DNA of 64,000 nt from Paramoeba atlantica (Eukaryota > Protista > Discosea): the NCBI GenBank assembly GCA_977017575.1, contig CDRNVI010000010.1:1-64000 (forward strand), written 5' to 3'. Within the stretch, counting starts at the first letter, position 1. Every line of letters starts with the position of its first letter. The notes under the pieces were generated by a model that was not told the origin of the DNA, ran no database searches, and was given only the letters and a program-made list of their open reading frames with translations. This document shows, in pieces, positions 44,331-55,600 of the stretch. The translations under genes and the position numbers were made by a program.

Positions 44331-45656
44331 TCAATCGCTGTGACTTGACGATGTTTCTTCCAATTTATAATCGATGGAAGATGCAGCCTCCTGCTCAATT
44401 TTACATTTTATAACTTTTTCCTTCAGTACAACGAGCACTTCCTGGGCTTGACTTGTTGTGCGTGGGTAATCCATTTTCAATTGTTCAAAGGAAACAATGC
44501 GGTGAAGATCAATTCGGAGTGGTGCATCTTTTCCTTGTGATTTTGTTACCTTTCCACCGGAGGATTTTTTTCGACGGTTTGAAAACAACCAGTCGCTTTC
44601 GCCATTAGGCGAGGTGTCTTCTGAGACTGCAGTGCTCGGGCGATTAGTTTCTTGAGGCTTACGATGTGCTTTTCCGATACTAAGTTTATCCTCAAGATAA
44701 TAAATCAAAGAGTTGCAGAGATGGCGTTCCTTTTCATTCATATGCAAAGCCTCATCTTGTTCGTTTTTTTTCGCGCGGTCTTCCGATCTCTGTTGACGCA
44801 GTTTGTCCCTCTCAGCCTTTATGGCCTCGAGCTCTGTCATCCACGCCTCTCGCTTCGATCGGTACTCTTCTTCTTCCTTCTTAAATTCTTCCCGAAGATC
44901 TTGCATCGCCTTGTAGGCCTCATTCATTTGCGTGCGAAGCTTGTCTCGCTTGCTGCGTAATTCTTTTACCTCCTTCCACGCACCTGTAGGTGCCGAAAGC
45001 GCATCTCTGGCTGCTTTTGCTTCATTCAATTTCGCTTTGTGTTCTTCAATACGCTTTGATATCTCGCGTGATTCGCGTAAATTTTCAATTTCTTTATCGC
45101 CGCACTGACTAATCTGCTCCTTCAGCGGCTCAACCTCCTTCAACTGCTCCTTGGCACTCTCCAACATCTTTCGGCGTCTCAGAAACTCCTTCTCCTGCTT
45201 CAAACTTCCATGGCCCTCTGTTTCCAACTTCTGCTCCATGTGCGCAATCGCGGAGTGAATATCCTCCACGTTCTTAAACGCATCCAACTCGCCGGTAAGC
45301 TTCTGAAGTTTACTACGCAAGTCGGCGCGAAGCTGTCGGGTCTCCTGTGTCGCCTTGGAGAGCTCGTAGTACTTCTCCCGTTCGCGCTGCATCAGCGCCT
45401 GCAGGTGACGAATCTCCCCGTTGTATTCCTGCTGCCTCTCGTAAAAGGAGCGGCGCTCTTCGTCACTCTCCAGTGCCCGCAGTCGCTCCGAGAGTGTACT
45501 CAGGCGCGCGCGGAATGCTGTCATCTCTTCCCGCGTGCGTGCGATCTTTGTGTCCAGTGCGGCCCGATTGGGTGGGGGTGGGGGTTTGGGGAGTGCGGGG
45601 AAACTTCGGGTTTGGGTTTTGTTGTCGCTTTTAGCGGGGAGGGGTGCCTCGGTCAT
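44331..45656 (-). CDS. Coiled-coil protein, BFR1/nuclear segregation protein-like
   Basis: N-terminal PKPPPPPNRAAL, a long E/K/R heptad region, SLKQEKEFL, and C-terminal LHRIVSFEQLKMDYP. Confidence 0.6.
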   Translation of the reverse strand: MTEAPLPAKSDNKTQTRSFPALPKPPPPPNRAALDTKIARTREEMTAFRARLSTLSERLRALESDEERRSFYERQQEYNGEIRHLQALMQREREKYYELSKATQETRQLRADLRSKLQKLTGELDAFKNVEDIHSAIAHMEQKLETEGHGSLKQEKEFLRRRKMLESAKEQLKEVEPLKEQISQCGDKEIENLRESREISKRIEEHKAKLNEAKAARDALSAPTGAWKEVKELRSKRDKLRTQMNEAYKAMQDLREEFKKEEEEYRSKREAWMTELEAIKAERDKLRQQRSEDRAKKNEQDEALHMNEKERHLCNSLIYYLEDKLSIGKAHRKPQETNRPSTAVSEDTSPNGESDWLFSNRRKKSSGGKVTKSQGKDAPLRIDLHRIVSFEQLKMDYPRTTSQAQEVLVVLKEKVIKCKIEQEAASSIDYKLEETSSSHSD

Positions 45657-46129
45657 GAACGTGGGAGAAAGTGAAAAAGAAGAGGTGTAGAAATTCCTGA
45701 GAGGTGTAAATTTTGAGATGAGAAAAAGAAAGAAAAGTTTACTTCAGCGGTCAAAAATATATCGATGTGAAGGTAACGACTGAAGAGTAGGTAAAAATGA
45801 ACTATAGAAGGTATTTTTGTCTTAAAATACAGGAATCCGTTGACTCGCTGACGTTGTTTGCGTATTTACAAGGTAAATACCTTGCACGGAAGCATTACTA
45901 TTGAAGAATTTCAAGAAGCTCACTGACCAAAGATGTAAACCTAAAAAAGAAATTAAATTGCTACTAAAGCATCTGAGGCTTTATAAGAACAGAAAAAGAG
46001 CAAAGCAAAGCTTCAAAACTCCCTTATTAATGGTTAAAAATATTATCTTCCGACAGAAATAAAAAAGGACGAAATGTGAAGACCAAAATTCTTCATCGTA
46101 CATCAGACTCAATACTTCCTTAACGATAA

Positions 46130-48445
46130 TCAAAGATGGTTGTCCGCGTAGTTTATGACGTCCTTCGGTCTACAACGCAGTTCTGCTTGCAGCAAAGTCC
46201 AGAAAGAAGGAGAAGTCGCCTTGTCAAGATCTTTGTGAAGAGCCGAATCTAATATTTTATCACACGCATTATTGACCTTTTGAATTTCGTGCATAATATT
46301 TTTGGCAGCAATCAGATCCACTTGACAGCCTTCAATAAATTTTATCGACGGCAATGACTCAAGAAGTGGAGCGTCGCAGAGCTTTACTCCTCGTCCGAAC
46401 ATGGAAGAATCAACGCAACGATCCCATTGCAGTGGATACACAAGTACTGTTTTCTTATCGGTTATATGCACAATAATATTATTTACTTGAAGATTTCCAT
46501 GAAGAATTCTTTCACCGGACAAATTTCTGAGAAAAGAAAAGAGACGTGATAGAACAGATTCCAGAACGATTTCCGAGGTATCTTGTTTCACAAAATCCCG
46601 CAAAGAAAAGAGCTTACCACTGAATTCCCATATCGTATAACCGATTCTCTCGTCTGGGAGTTCGAAATAGTTGAGTGATTTCACAGGAAGATCGGTTCGA
46701 TGAATGGCAGCTTGACTACGCGCAGTTTCACAAGTATCGCTCCACAACCATTTATACAAGACGTAGTGAGCACCGGTTCCCATTTTCGTAGCGAAATGTA
46801 ATGTGCGTCCATCTCTGTCGGGATAGTTTTGATAAATTGTGTACTTTTCATTTTTAATCACTACTTCCGTAGGAGTCCGCTCGTTCGGAGAAATATGAAA
46901 TTCACCAGGTAAAACGACAAAGCGCTGTGAGGGTTCCATGCGCGAACAAAATGCCTGTTCTACTTTGTCTTTTACAGAACGAATACTTAAAGAACCATCC
47001 GCTGTGCCCGAAATCAGACCGAGCTTCGACTCTACAGTTTCCATGGTTTTATTAAGAGCGATAGGCCTTTCCAAAGAAGGGGGTTGAAGTTGGATATTGG
47101 CACTACGCAAGTGTACGCCAGCCGTTGTACCGCCCATTTCATATTTTCTGTCTTCTGGACGAGATTCCGAAATGGGGCTACCCTTAATGCTTTCCAGAGG
47201 TTGTGATGCCCCGGGAGTAGATCTCCCTGAATAAACACTAGCGTCCTCAAGAATATTACTACACTCATCATGAAGTTCCACGATATCGCTTCCTTTGTGC
47301 TTCATACCGTTTTGTTCATCAAGTATTCCGGCATGGTCTTGACTGCCATTAAGGCTACCCCCAAAATCATTTACGCGCTTTTCAGAATGGACACGATCAG
47401 GCCTCTGAGCACTGGACACACTAACGGGACTGCTTAGTCGACATTTACTAACGTCCTCATACTCTGTTTTTATAGATTTGCTATGCGATAAATGTGAAGG
47501 AGAAAGGTAATCATATTTTCTCTGTTCTGCGGCTGCTCCGAACACACGAATCGTGTCACGCACAGGGGCGGTGTTTTCAGCTCCTTCGTTTCGTTCTTCC
47601 TGTGAATTCTTAATGTTGTCGGCCAGAACTGCTGAATGAGAAATGCTGTAGACTGTGGATGCTGTAGGCCGAGGCATCGCGCCCTCTCTAACCTCCGATC
47701 CAACATCCTGGTGCAGTAGAGAGTCGAAAGGTGTTTCGTTTATCCCCTTGACACCCACGGGAGATTTTAATACGTTTGGTGTCACCGGAGTTGGAGAGGA
47801 AAGAGGCGATGGCTGTTCTGACCGGCCCTCTAAAGTTTTTTTAGATTTTGGTAATCTTGGAGACATATGCTTTTCTTGATTCCAATTCTTTTTGCGACTT
47901 GGAGAGTTAATTAAATTCGAGAAGGTTTCAATGTTTCCTGCATTCATCTTGTTCTCGGTGCTTTCAGAATGTGCATTTTTGACAGGACTCAGGCGCCTCT
48001 TCTGGGCTCGTTCATTCTGTGTGATATCACTTTTGATAACGTCCTGCGGTTGTTGAAGTGCGACATATTGTGACTGAGGCGGAATAGGAGAAGTACCACG
48101 TGATACAAGGCGAGAAAAAGAAACTCGAGGTCGTGGAGGAGTACCATTCTGAGACTCTGACGAGTAAAGTTCCCTGGCAACCTCACTCGAAGAATTTCCA
48201 ACACTATTTTTGCCCGCGGCATTCAAAAAATACCGCATCCGCTGCGTGGGTACGTGTAGTGCACACTGATGCTCACTATCCCAATAAGGAAACGGAGTGA
48301 CAAGTGTTTTACCCGGCTTGCTCGGCTGGGGATTTATCCTTCGTTTGGTTGCCGCATCTATATCTTCCTCTCGCGTAAGAAGAAGTAACCGTGTTTGGTC
48401 TCCCATGCGAGGGCGTAGAGCCGCTAGAATAGAATCACAGGACAT
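46130..48445 (-). CDS. 771-aa protein: low-complexity N-terminus and a C-terminal kinase-like (probable pseudokinase) domain
   Basis: YTIWEF (hinge-like) and ILHGNLQVNNII (catalytic-loop-like, no Asp). No DFG motif. The N-terminal ~480 aa are S/P-rich. Confidence 0.65.
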   Translation of the reverse strand: MSCDSILAALRPRMGDQTRLLLLTREEDIDAATKRRINPQPSKPGKTLVTPFPYWDSEHQCALHVPTQRMRYFLNAAGKNSVGNSSSEVARELYSSESQNGTPPRPRVSFSRLVSRGTSPIPPQSQYVALQQPQDVIKSDITQNERAQKRRLSPVKNAHSESTENKMNAGNIETFSNLINSPSRKKNWNQEKHMSPRLPKSKKTLEGRSEQPSPLSSPTPVTPNVLKSPVGVKGINETPFDSLLHQDVGSEVREGAMPRPTASTVYSISHSAVLADNIKNSQEERNEGAENTAPVRDTIRVFGAAAEQRKYDYLSPSHLSHSKSIKTEYEDVSKCRLSSPVSVSSAQRPDRVHSEKRVNDFGGSLNGSQDHAGILDEQNGMKHKGSDIVELHDECSNILEDASVYSGRSTPGASQPLESIKGSPISESRPEDRKYEMGGTTAGVHLRSANIQLQPPSLERPIALNKTMETVESKLGLISGTADGSLSIRSVKDKVEQAFCSRMEPSQRFVVLPGEFHISPNERTPTEVVIKNEKYTIYQNYPDRDGRTLHFATKMGTGAHYVLYKWLWSDTCETARSQAAIHRTDLPVKSLNYFELPDERIGYTIWEFSGKLFSLRDFVKQDTSEIVLESVLSRLFSFLRNLSGERILHGNLQVNNIIVHITDKKTVLVYPLQWDRCVDSSMFGRGVKLCDAPLLESLPSIKFIEGCQVDLIAAKNIMHEIQKVNNACDKILDSALHKDLDKATSPSFWTLLQAELRCRPKDVINYADNHL

Positions 48446-48689
48446 GCGACTGTAGCATAAAAAATTGTAACCCTATTCCACAATCTATTCCATCATTTAT
48501 GATTGTACTCATGAATATCAAAACATTAGTGAGATTCAAAGCTTATAAAATCCGTCTATACATGTAAATGAGACATGCAAGACCTCAGCATAAAGACCGT
48601 GTTTGAGGGCCAAACTCAAGAAAATCTCCGAAAGGAAAACCCACACACCATTAGAAACCAAAAGTTTGAATGCTTTGAGACACAAAAAC

Positions 48690-49685
48690 TTATGGTGTGG
48701 ATTTCTTCTCTCGCAAAGTCTCTACGAGATTCTGAGGCAACTGCTTATTTTGGTACAACGTTTGCATCTCCTCCACCGTGACATTCTCAGGTCGAATCCA
48801 TGACCGGGTCCTGAGATAGCGTACCGCACGTTCCTGTGCTACCTCGTCCACAGTATGAGGCTGTGACGGGTGGGAGGCAATCCACAACGCGTGCATCAGC
48901 CTTGGATCCCGCAGCCCCTCCTCCAGTTGCTGAGGATTCAAATGACTAAGGTCCGGGTGGTGCACGCGGTAATAAAGTGGTGCCTCCTCCAGACTCTTTT
49001 TCTCCATCTCTACCCACTGCTCCCAGTGTTGCTTGGTATACTCCTCACACTTTTTTTTATACTCCGTCTCTGTGATTCCGTATACAGGGCTTGACGGGCA
49101 ATCTACCCCGAGAACACAAACCCCCATCGTACGACACTGTGCCACGAGACGCCGTACCCTCATCTCAATCGGAGGGTAGTGTGGGTTTCCCCACTCCACT
49201 GCCTTCTGCTTTGCGATCTCATACAGCATCTCGAGGGTAATGTAACACACCCATTTTTTCGGATCCGTCTCTCTTCGTTTTTTGCGAATCGCTCGCAGAA
49301 TGTACCACGCAGAGGGAGGGCCATCGATGCGCCACTGGAATGACTTGTCCTCATAGACTTGAATCCGGCACAGAATTTCAATGTCCTCACGAAAGACGGG
49401 TTTGGTTCGATCGTTAAACGTTTTTACAAAATCCATGGGCTTGACGCCGAGTTGGGTTAAGTCTTGCCCGAGCGGGGGACCGGTGGTGGCCCTTCCGGGT
49501 TTTAGAAAGTAGCGGTAGTTCGCAATCACTTTACGTGGAGGCTCGGGGTGGGGTGCGAAGTTGTCGCGAAACTTTTGTTCCAGAGCTTTGGGGAGATATC
49601 GGTTGCTACCGGGACGAATGTCTACAGTAGACAATCTTTTTTGTTGGGTGACAGATCTTTGCATGTGGAGGAAACGATATTTCAA
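48690..49685 (-). CDS. MRPL11: Mitochondrial ribosomal protein uL11m with a long C-terminal extension
   Basis: PGRATTGPPLGQDL..LGVKPMDFVKTFNDRT...IQVYEDKSF..RIDGPPSAW...ITLEMLYEIAKQK...RTMGV. Confidence 0.85.
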   Translation of the reverse strand: MKYRFLHMQRSVTQQKRLSTVDIRPGSNRYLPKALEQKFRDNFAPHPEPPRKVIANYRYFLKPGRATTGPPLGQDLTQLGVKPMDFVKTFNDRTKPVFREDIEILCRIQVYEDKSFQWRIDGPPSAWYILRAIRKKRRETDPKKWVCYITLEMLYEIAKQKAVEWGNPHYPPIEMRVRRLVAQCRTMGVCVLGVDCPSSPVYGITETEYKKKCEEYTKQHWEQWVEMEKKSLEEAPLYYRVHHPDLSHLNPQQLEEGLRDPRLMHALWIASHPSQPHTVDEVAQERAVRYLRTRSWIRPENVTVEEMQTLYQNKQLPQNLVETLREKKSTP

Positions 49686-49813
49686 AAAGTTTTGGATAAA
49701 ACGGTTAAGATAAGTAAAGTAAGATCACATGCGACAAGGTTCTGTGAAGAAAATATGGCTTTGTAGATAGTATTCTCACCACTTAGGAGCGCGCATGAAA
49801 TGGGTTCTTTATT

Positions 49814-50635
49814 TTACGATGACACATTTTCGATTTTGGTGCCACGAATGGAAACTAAACTGGAAGAAGAGTAATCCACAATACCATGAAGCTCAGCATT
49901 CCCGTGCAGAGCAAGGGTTTCTAGTCTTGGAGGAAGATTATCGAACTGAACCAAACCTGAAAAACAATTGTTCTTGCAGCTCAGAACTTCAAGGGACACG
50001 GGCAAGTGCTGCAAATCAAGATTTCCGGTGAACTTGTTGTCGTGCAATACGAGTACGGTCATAATTTGGGGTAAAACGTCGAGGACTATATCGCCAGAAA
50101 GCGTATTAGATGAAAATCCCAATTCTCTAAGAGAAGGCGGTAAAAGCGTCAGATCTACATTTCCTTCGAAGCGATTTTTATTGAAATTCGCGTGCTCCAA
50201 AGTGCATGGCAAACGTGTTAGGTCTAGTCCCCCATCAAATTTGTTATGGCCAATTTTTAGAATGTTGAGATTTGAGGGCAAGAGATCCGATTGTACCGGT
50301 CCGGATAACTCATTACGTCCTATGTCGAGTGAACGTATTGTTTGGGGTAAAAACTCAAAGCCGAATGAGCACTCGTGAAATTCAAATAATGAAAGATCTT
50401 TAAAGCTCCAGTGTATGTCTTCAACATGCATGTCTTGATCACATGTCACACCGTTCCACTCACATGCAGATGTCGATGCATTCCAGGAGCGATGTGGATT
50501 TTCAATGTTGCGAACAACTCGTTCTAATTCATATTCCTGGGGTAAGTTCGCTCCTCGTACCTTACTTGGAAGTCTACACGGGACTCTGACAATGTCAGAT
50601 GCATGAAAACAGGAATGGAAAAAGATGTACACCAT
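49814..50635 (-). CDS. Leucine-rich repeat protein with a Cys cap
   Basis: SACEWNGVTC cap followed by repeats of type LPxxLxxLxLxxNxFxGxLDL. Confidence 0.85.
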   Translation of the reverse strand: MVYIFFHSCFHASDIVRVPCRLPSKVRGANLPQEYELERVVRNIENPHRSWNASTSACEWNGVTCDQDMHVEDIHWSFKDLSLFEFHECSFGFEFLPQTIRSLDIGRNELSGPVQSDLLPSNLNILKIGHNKFDGGLDLTRLPCTLEHANFNKNRFEGNVDLTLLPPSLRELGFSSNTLSGDIVLDVLPQIMTVLVLHDNKFTGNLDLQHLPVSLEVLSCKNNCFSGLVQFDNLPPRLETLALHGNAELHGIVDYSSSSLVSIRGTKIENVSS

Positions 50636-51405
50636 AAAAGTTCCGAATAGCTGTAAAAAATTAGGAGAAACGTTGGTTAGGAACCGCCTTTCTTCGATTT
50701 TCGTATTTAATTTTTAGGGGTAACACGATGAATATTTCAATTATTGACGTGAAAAATGTTGAATGTTTTGTTTGCTATTGTCGACAACAAATAAAAGTTC
50801 AAAAAAATAAAATTTCCGTGCCTTGTAAACGAGAGTCTCGGTGAAAGTTTCTCGGTGAAAGTCTGGATGCTTGAATTGGAGGCGCGTATCATATTGAGAA
50901 TCGCGGTGATTCAATCACCCCAAGTCAGCCCCAGCTCATTTCTTTGTCCCTTACTAAGACTAGTAAACTCGCTAATGTTGTCGTATGTGGTGTACGTGCT
51001 TGCTCCGGGAAAAAGTGGACATCTAGTTTTGAAGCAAGTTCTTTAAAGCAAGGGAAGGACTCGTCCTTTTTGAAAGGTTTCAGGTTCGTGGACATTGTTT
51101 CATCATTTTTCTAGTTGGGCCACCACCCCATTGCACCCCATTGGGCCACCACCCTTGCACGGCGGCCTGTCGAAATGCCGTACCGAGGTCATCCAAGAGG
51201 CAATGCGCAGCACCTTCAGCCTCTGGTTGAAGCGAGAATCCCCTGAATGGGATGAGAAAACTATAGGCTTGTGAGCAGCCAGGCAGACGACGTCATATGC
51301 GTACGTCTGTCTGGTCGTTATTACTCTACAGGTATTGCCCCGTATAGATATATACAGGGCATATAAAGATCTTATATATTATATTATATTTATAAAGATC
51401 TTATA

Positions 51406-52329
51406 AACCCCCCACAGCGAATAAGTCACCCCCCTCTTTTTTTTGTACAACGAGGCTTTGGGGGTTGCAGCACCACTTTTTCGTTCAAAATTTTGAGATC
51501 TGCACGTTCCCGCTGTTTTTAGACCTCTTCACAGATAACAAATTAAAACTCATTTTTTTAATGACGTTTTCACATAGTCATGCCAATATTACCCGAAAAA
51601 TCTCATGTTCCTCGACCAGGGGGGGAGAAGGGGGTCAACATGAAAATGGTGTCACAGATCTTCGCTAGGGGAACGAGATCTCTCGATTGCAACAAAAATG
51701 ATCAAAAACAGATAACAAACATTCAATTTGTCACGTGGTGGAATATTTGTCTTTGATTGGTTCTTTCTTGAAACGGTGATAAATCAATTTTTTTAAGATG
51801 TCCCCTTTACTTTTTGCTTGAAGGGGCCTAAGGGGGTTAAGATATCATTTTCTCGTTCAAAATTCTGAGATCTACACGTTCCCACAATTTTTAGATCATT
51901 TTAGAAACTGAAAAAGAAAATTGGTTTTAGGTTCTATTTTTTTGCATCATCATACCACACTAATTTAAGAAAACAAACACTCCGCGGCCAGGGGGCACAA
52001 GTGGGTCAATATTAAAACATAGCGGCAAAGATCTTTGCTAGGAGAACGAGATCTCTCGTTCGCAACAAAAATCAGCAAAAACGGACAAAAATAATTGAAT
52101 TTCTCATGGGAGGAGAAGATTTATTTTGTTAAAGTGTGAGAAATTGGTCTCTTGAAAAATGTGAAGAAAGTGATAATCCATCTATCGGATGCACGCATTT
52201 GAGAGCCTTGGTTCCATGCTATAACGCACAAAGTCTTTGTGTTGGGAACAGCAAAATGCAACAAAAATGAGCTCAAACGGACACTTGGCTGAAAAGTTAG
52301 AGGGGGGTGACTTTTCGCTGTGGGGGGTT
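51406..52329. mobile_element. MITE 1 (~924 bp, ~31-bp TIRs, TA flanks; Tc1/mariner-like, non-autonomous)
   Basis: Left end TA|AACCCCCCACAGCGAATAAGTCACCCCCCTCT, right end AGAGGGGGGTGACTTTTCGCTGTGGGGGGTT|TA. Diverged internal duplication (~51477-51720 vs ~51849-52085). No transposase ORF. Confidence 0.8.
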
Positions 52330-52355
52330 TATATATCATACAGGTATATAGTATA

Positions 52356-53094
52356 CAGGGGTGTAAATTTGGATGTGGGGGGGTCTAAAATTTATAAAAA
52401 TTGGCCAATTTCGGAAAATAATAGCGCATTCGAGAGCTCTCGAACAGGGCTCATGAACGTAACATGACCGAACTAGGCACAAGGGGGTATTACCCCCTAG
52501 ACAAAGAACCCCCAAATGCTATTTGCAACTTTCTAAAGCAATAGCAAATATCAAAAAAAAAATTATTAATTGCCATTATCATCGTTTTATCTCAATTACA
52601 ATACGGCATCGCTTTCGAAAGCTCTGCATGGCATTTTCAGGGGCCTTGAAACGCTGCTTCGATCGCAATGATCAAATCTGCGCGATTCCGAGGGGCTCAA
52701 CCATTTTTGAAGTCGCCCACTATGGAAAATAAATTTTTAGAGCGAAAAAGATTGTGTTGTTTCGTAATCGGCAACAAGAACCATGCACCAGCTTGCTTTT
52801 ACGTGCCCAGGCGAAGAATAAGCCCTTTCGTAGTCTTTGTATTCGGGCGATCGCCCACAACCCCGTCTTTGTTGCATGAATCAGGGGAGAAATCAGAAAA
52901 CCTGTGAAAAATGCAAGATTTTGTCTCCCAAAAAAATGAGTTTTTTATGTGCACTTGAAAATCTAATTAACGCAGATGCCGTACATGCACGTTCATGAGC
53001 CCTGTTCGAGGGCTCTCGAATGCGCTATTATTTTCCAAAATTGGCCAAGTTTTACAAATTTTAGACCCCCCCCACATCCAAATTTACACCCCTT
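52356..53094. mobile_element. MITE 2 (~739 bp, ~110-bp TIRs, TA flanks)
   Basis: TA|CAGGGGTGTAAATTTGGATGTGGGG... (52356-52466) is the inverted repeat of ...CCCCACATCCAAATTTACACCCCTT|TA (~52984-53094), with a terminal mismatch. No transposase ORF. Confidence 0.85.
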
Positions 53095-53392
53095 TATGAT
53101 ATATTATATATATGATATATTATATGTATATATTATATACATCTGAGCATTGCCCCTCTGTACAGCCCCCTCCCCCCATGAAAACCATTTTCATCAATTT
53201 TACAACGTTTGGTTGAATAATCAGAGCGATACGCGTGTAACACAAAAAAAGGACCTTATAAGTGTTCGTCATACCTTTCGCACTCGAATTTGCTCCAAAA
53301 AACGTGACAGGAGTTTTCTAAAAGACACGGTATGCGTCGGTACTGTAGAAAAATTCTGTATTCATTAGGTTTTGAGTGTTTATTTCCCACAC

Positions 53393-55600
53393 TCATGTCT
53401 CACAAAGATGCATATTCTGAAACACGTATCGCGAGAGTGCTCTAATAAGGGGGTATGGCAAGTGATCTCTTATCATTTCAGTAGTAACAAGTATCTGGTT
53501 GTACTCCTCAGTACTTACCCTTCTTGCAGTGTAGAGAGTGTCGTATGAAAGTGGAGAAGAATTCACCATTAAGAAACTTCCCCAGTTTGCACGTTCCCAT
53601 TCTCGTTCTTGAATGCCAAATGATTTGAAGCGATCGCTTTTTTCCGCAATCTTGTCAAGCTGGAGCATATTATCGGGAGGACACATTGGAAGATTTTCAC
53701 CAGGAACCATATTTATAAGAGACTTCGCAAGAGCTTGAGATTCTGCCGAGGCATGTGTACTCACGCCCAGATCATCCCCAAATGACTCTTCTGTGGCATT
53801 ATACAAAAAGTTCGACTTGTGAGCTCTACAACACGTCAAGAGAATTTGATACTTTACGCATGCAGCGTGAGAGATAGCAACAATGAGTTGCCTTTGTAAT
53901 CTATTCACAGTCGACTGACTTAGGCGAGGGACAATATCTTTACCGAAAGAGACGGCCTTGACGTATGAACTCGCGTGTCTTGCGAGCACTGGACTTAAGA
54001 GACCGCCAGGGGGAGCAAAGGCAAGTGCAGTGACACGAGACCCTAGTAATGGATATCGCTGTCGTAATACAGTTGCAATAAGAGTAGCCACTCCGGCACC
54101 CAGTGAATGACCCAATACCACAATTTTGTATCCGCAATATGGAAATTCACTCATTATTTGGTGAAGTACCCCGGCATCCTCCAATACCTGTATCACATTA
54201 TTTGCCGCTTTCAACATTCCGGAATGAGCATACGTATCAATAGTAGGCCAATGCTTTTCAATTTTCTCTTTTTTAAACTCAGGAATTTCAATAGGCTGTG
54301 ATACACCATTAATGGGACACTCCGCGGGCTGACAATAAACATCTGTGATACAATCCGCCAGGCTTGTCGTGCCTCGTATGGCAATAATAATCTCCTTTCG
54401 ACTCTTAAGCGTGGCGACATAAAAAGAAGGCAAGCATATGCGATTCCCAAACCAGCAGTACAGCACTTCACTGGGAGACAGACCTGTGCAGGCAAGCATG
54501 GCGTTGATATCCATGGGGGAAACGGGTGACCTTGAGCGCACGCTTCCTGACAAGCAGGAAAATTTGGAATACACGAACTGTCGAAAAAGCGTCAAGGGAG
54601 CAAAAAAACCGTCCCTCCACCAATATAAAATCGAACCGTAGGCTCCAAGAAAGTATTTCACATATTCGTGCATGTCCCGTGCGTGCTGCATCAAAGGGTT
54701 GATCTCTTCGTGCGACGGAGTTGTGGAGCCAAGTAAACCTTGCCGCCGTTGTAGTGCGTTGAGCAGAACGAGCCCTGCGGCAACATCCGAGGGAGAGACG
54801 TCCACGTCACGAAAAACCTCCAGTACGGCACTCGAGGCGTGATGGAGTGCGTCCACGTCCTCATCGAATCGTATCGACGATGTCGCTTCCTGGGAAAGCG
54901 CATCATACCATAGCCAATGTAAAAATCGGACGCTGGGATGCCTCAACTTGGATGGCTGCATTTCTGTGGGAGCCACTTGAATCAAACTCATGGAGGACTT
55001 CCCGTGCCCGTAGAAGTTGACCCAAAGCAACATGTAGAATGCGGGAACGATAGAAAAGATTCCATTGCCAATAAGACAAAGTGTCATGAGGCGAGAGCAC
55101 GAGCTATCATAGGTGGTTGTGTTCAAAGGTGAGAAGGACCATGACTGCAATACGCCGTACCACCCAAGTATGCCGCTCAACACGATCAGGGGAAGAAGGA
55201 GATTCAGAAAGACCGGTACGAGGCGGCGTTTGGAGGGCTCGAAAGGAAGTCCACGCGAACTAAAAAATGTGAGCCCTATAAAGCATAAGAACTGTCCAGC
55301 GATAAGAATACCACTGCATAAAAAATATGTCTTGATAGAATTGTCTAAAATGATACTGAGAGGCCGATGCTCACTAGTATTCTCTGACTCTAGTGACGGA
55401 GAGAACGGAATTGAATTCCTCTCACGCGTATCAAAAAGTTGAGTTTGACCGAAATCCGACTGTAATTTTACATACGACATAAAGAAGTTGAGAAAGAGAC
55501 ATAACCACACGAAGGAAAGTAAACCCATGAGTGCTCCGGGAAGGACGAAATCATCACACGAGATATTCCACCGTCGATGAAGCCAACGTAGTCTAGGCAT
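53393..55600 (-). CDS. sn1-diacylglycerol lipase-like (class 3 lipase with N-terminal TM helices)
   Basis: About four hydrophobic segments. IIAIRGTTSLADCITD, AHSGM, VLGHSLGAG (GxSxG), DIVPRLS, DHLP. Confidence 0.88.
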   Translation of the reverse strand: MPRLRWLHRRWNISCDDFVLPGALMGLLSFVWLCLFLNFFMSYVKLQSDFGQTQLFDTRERNSIPFSPSLESENTSEHRPLSIILDNSIKTYFLCSGILIAGQFLCFIGLTFFSSRGLPFEPSKRRLVPVFLNLLLPLIVLSGILGWYGVLQSWSFSPLNTTTYDSSCSRLMTLCLIGNGIFSIVPAFYMLLWVNFYGHGKSSMSLIQVAPTEMQPSKLRHPSVRFLHWLWYDALSQEATSSIRFDEDVDALHHASSAVLEVFRDVDVSPSDVAAGLVLLNALQRRQGLLGSTTPSHEEINPLMQHARDMHEYVKYFLGAYGSILYWWRDGFFAPLTLFRQFVYSKFSCLSGSVRSRSPVSPMDINAMLACTGLSPSEVLYCWFGNRICLPSFYVATLKSRKEIIIAIRGTTSLADCITDVYCQPAECPINGVSQPIEIPEFKKEKIEKHWPTIDTYAHSGMLKAANNVIQVLEDAGVLHQIMSEFPYCGYKIVVLGHSLGAGVATLIATVLRQRYPLLGSRVTALAFAPPGGLLSPVLARHASSYVKAVSFGKDIVPRLSQSTVNRLQRQLIVAISHAACVKYQILLTCCRAHKSNFLYNATEESFGDDLGVSTHASAESQALAKSLINMVPGENLPMCPPDNMLQLDKIAEKSDRFKSFGIQEREWERANWGSFLMVNSSPLSYDTLYTARRVSTEEYNQILVTTEMIRDHLPYPLIRALSRYVFQNMHLCET

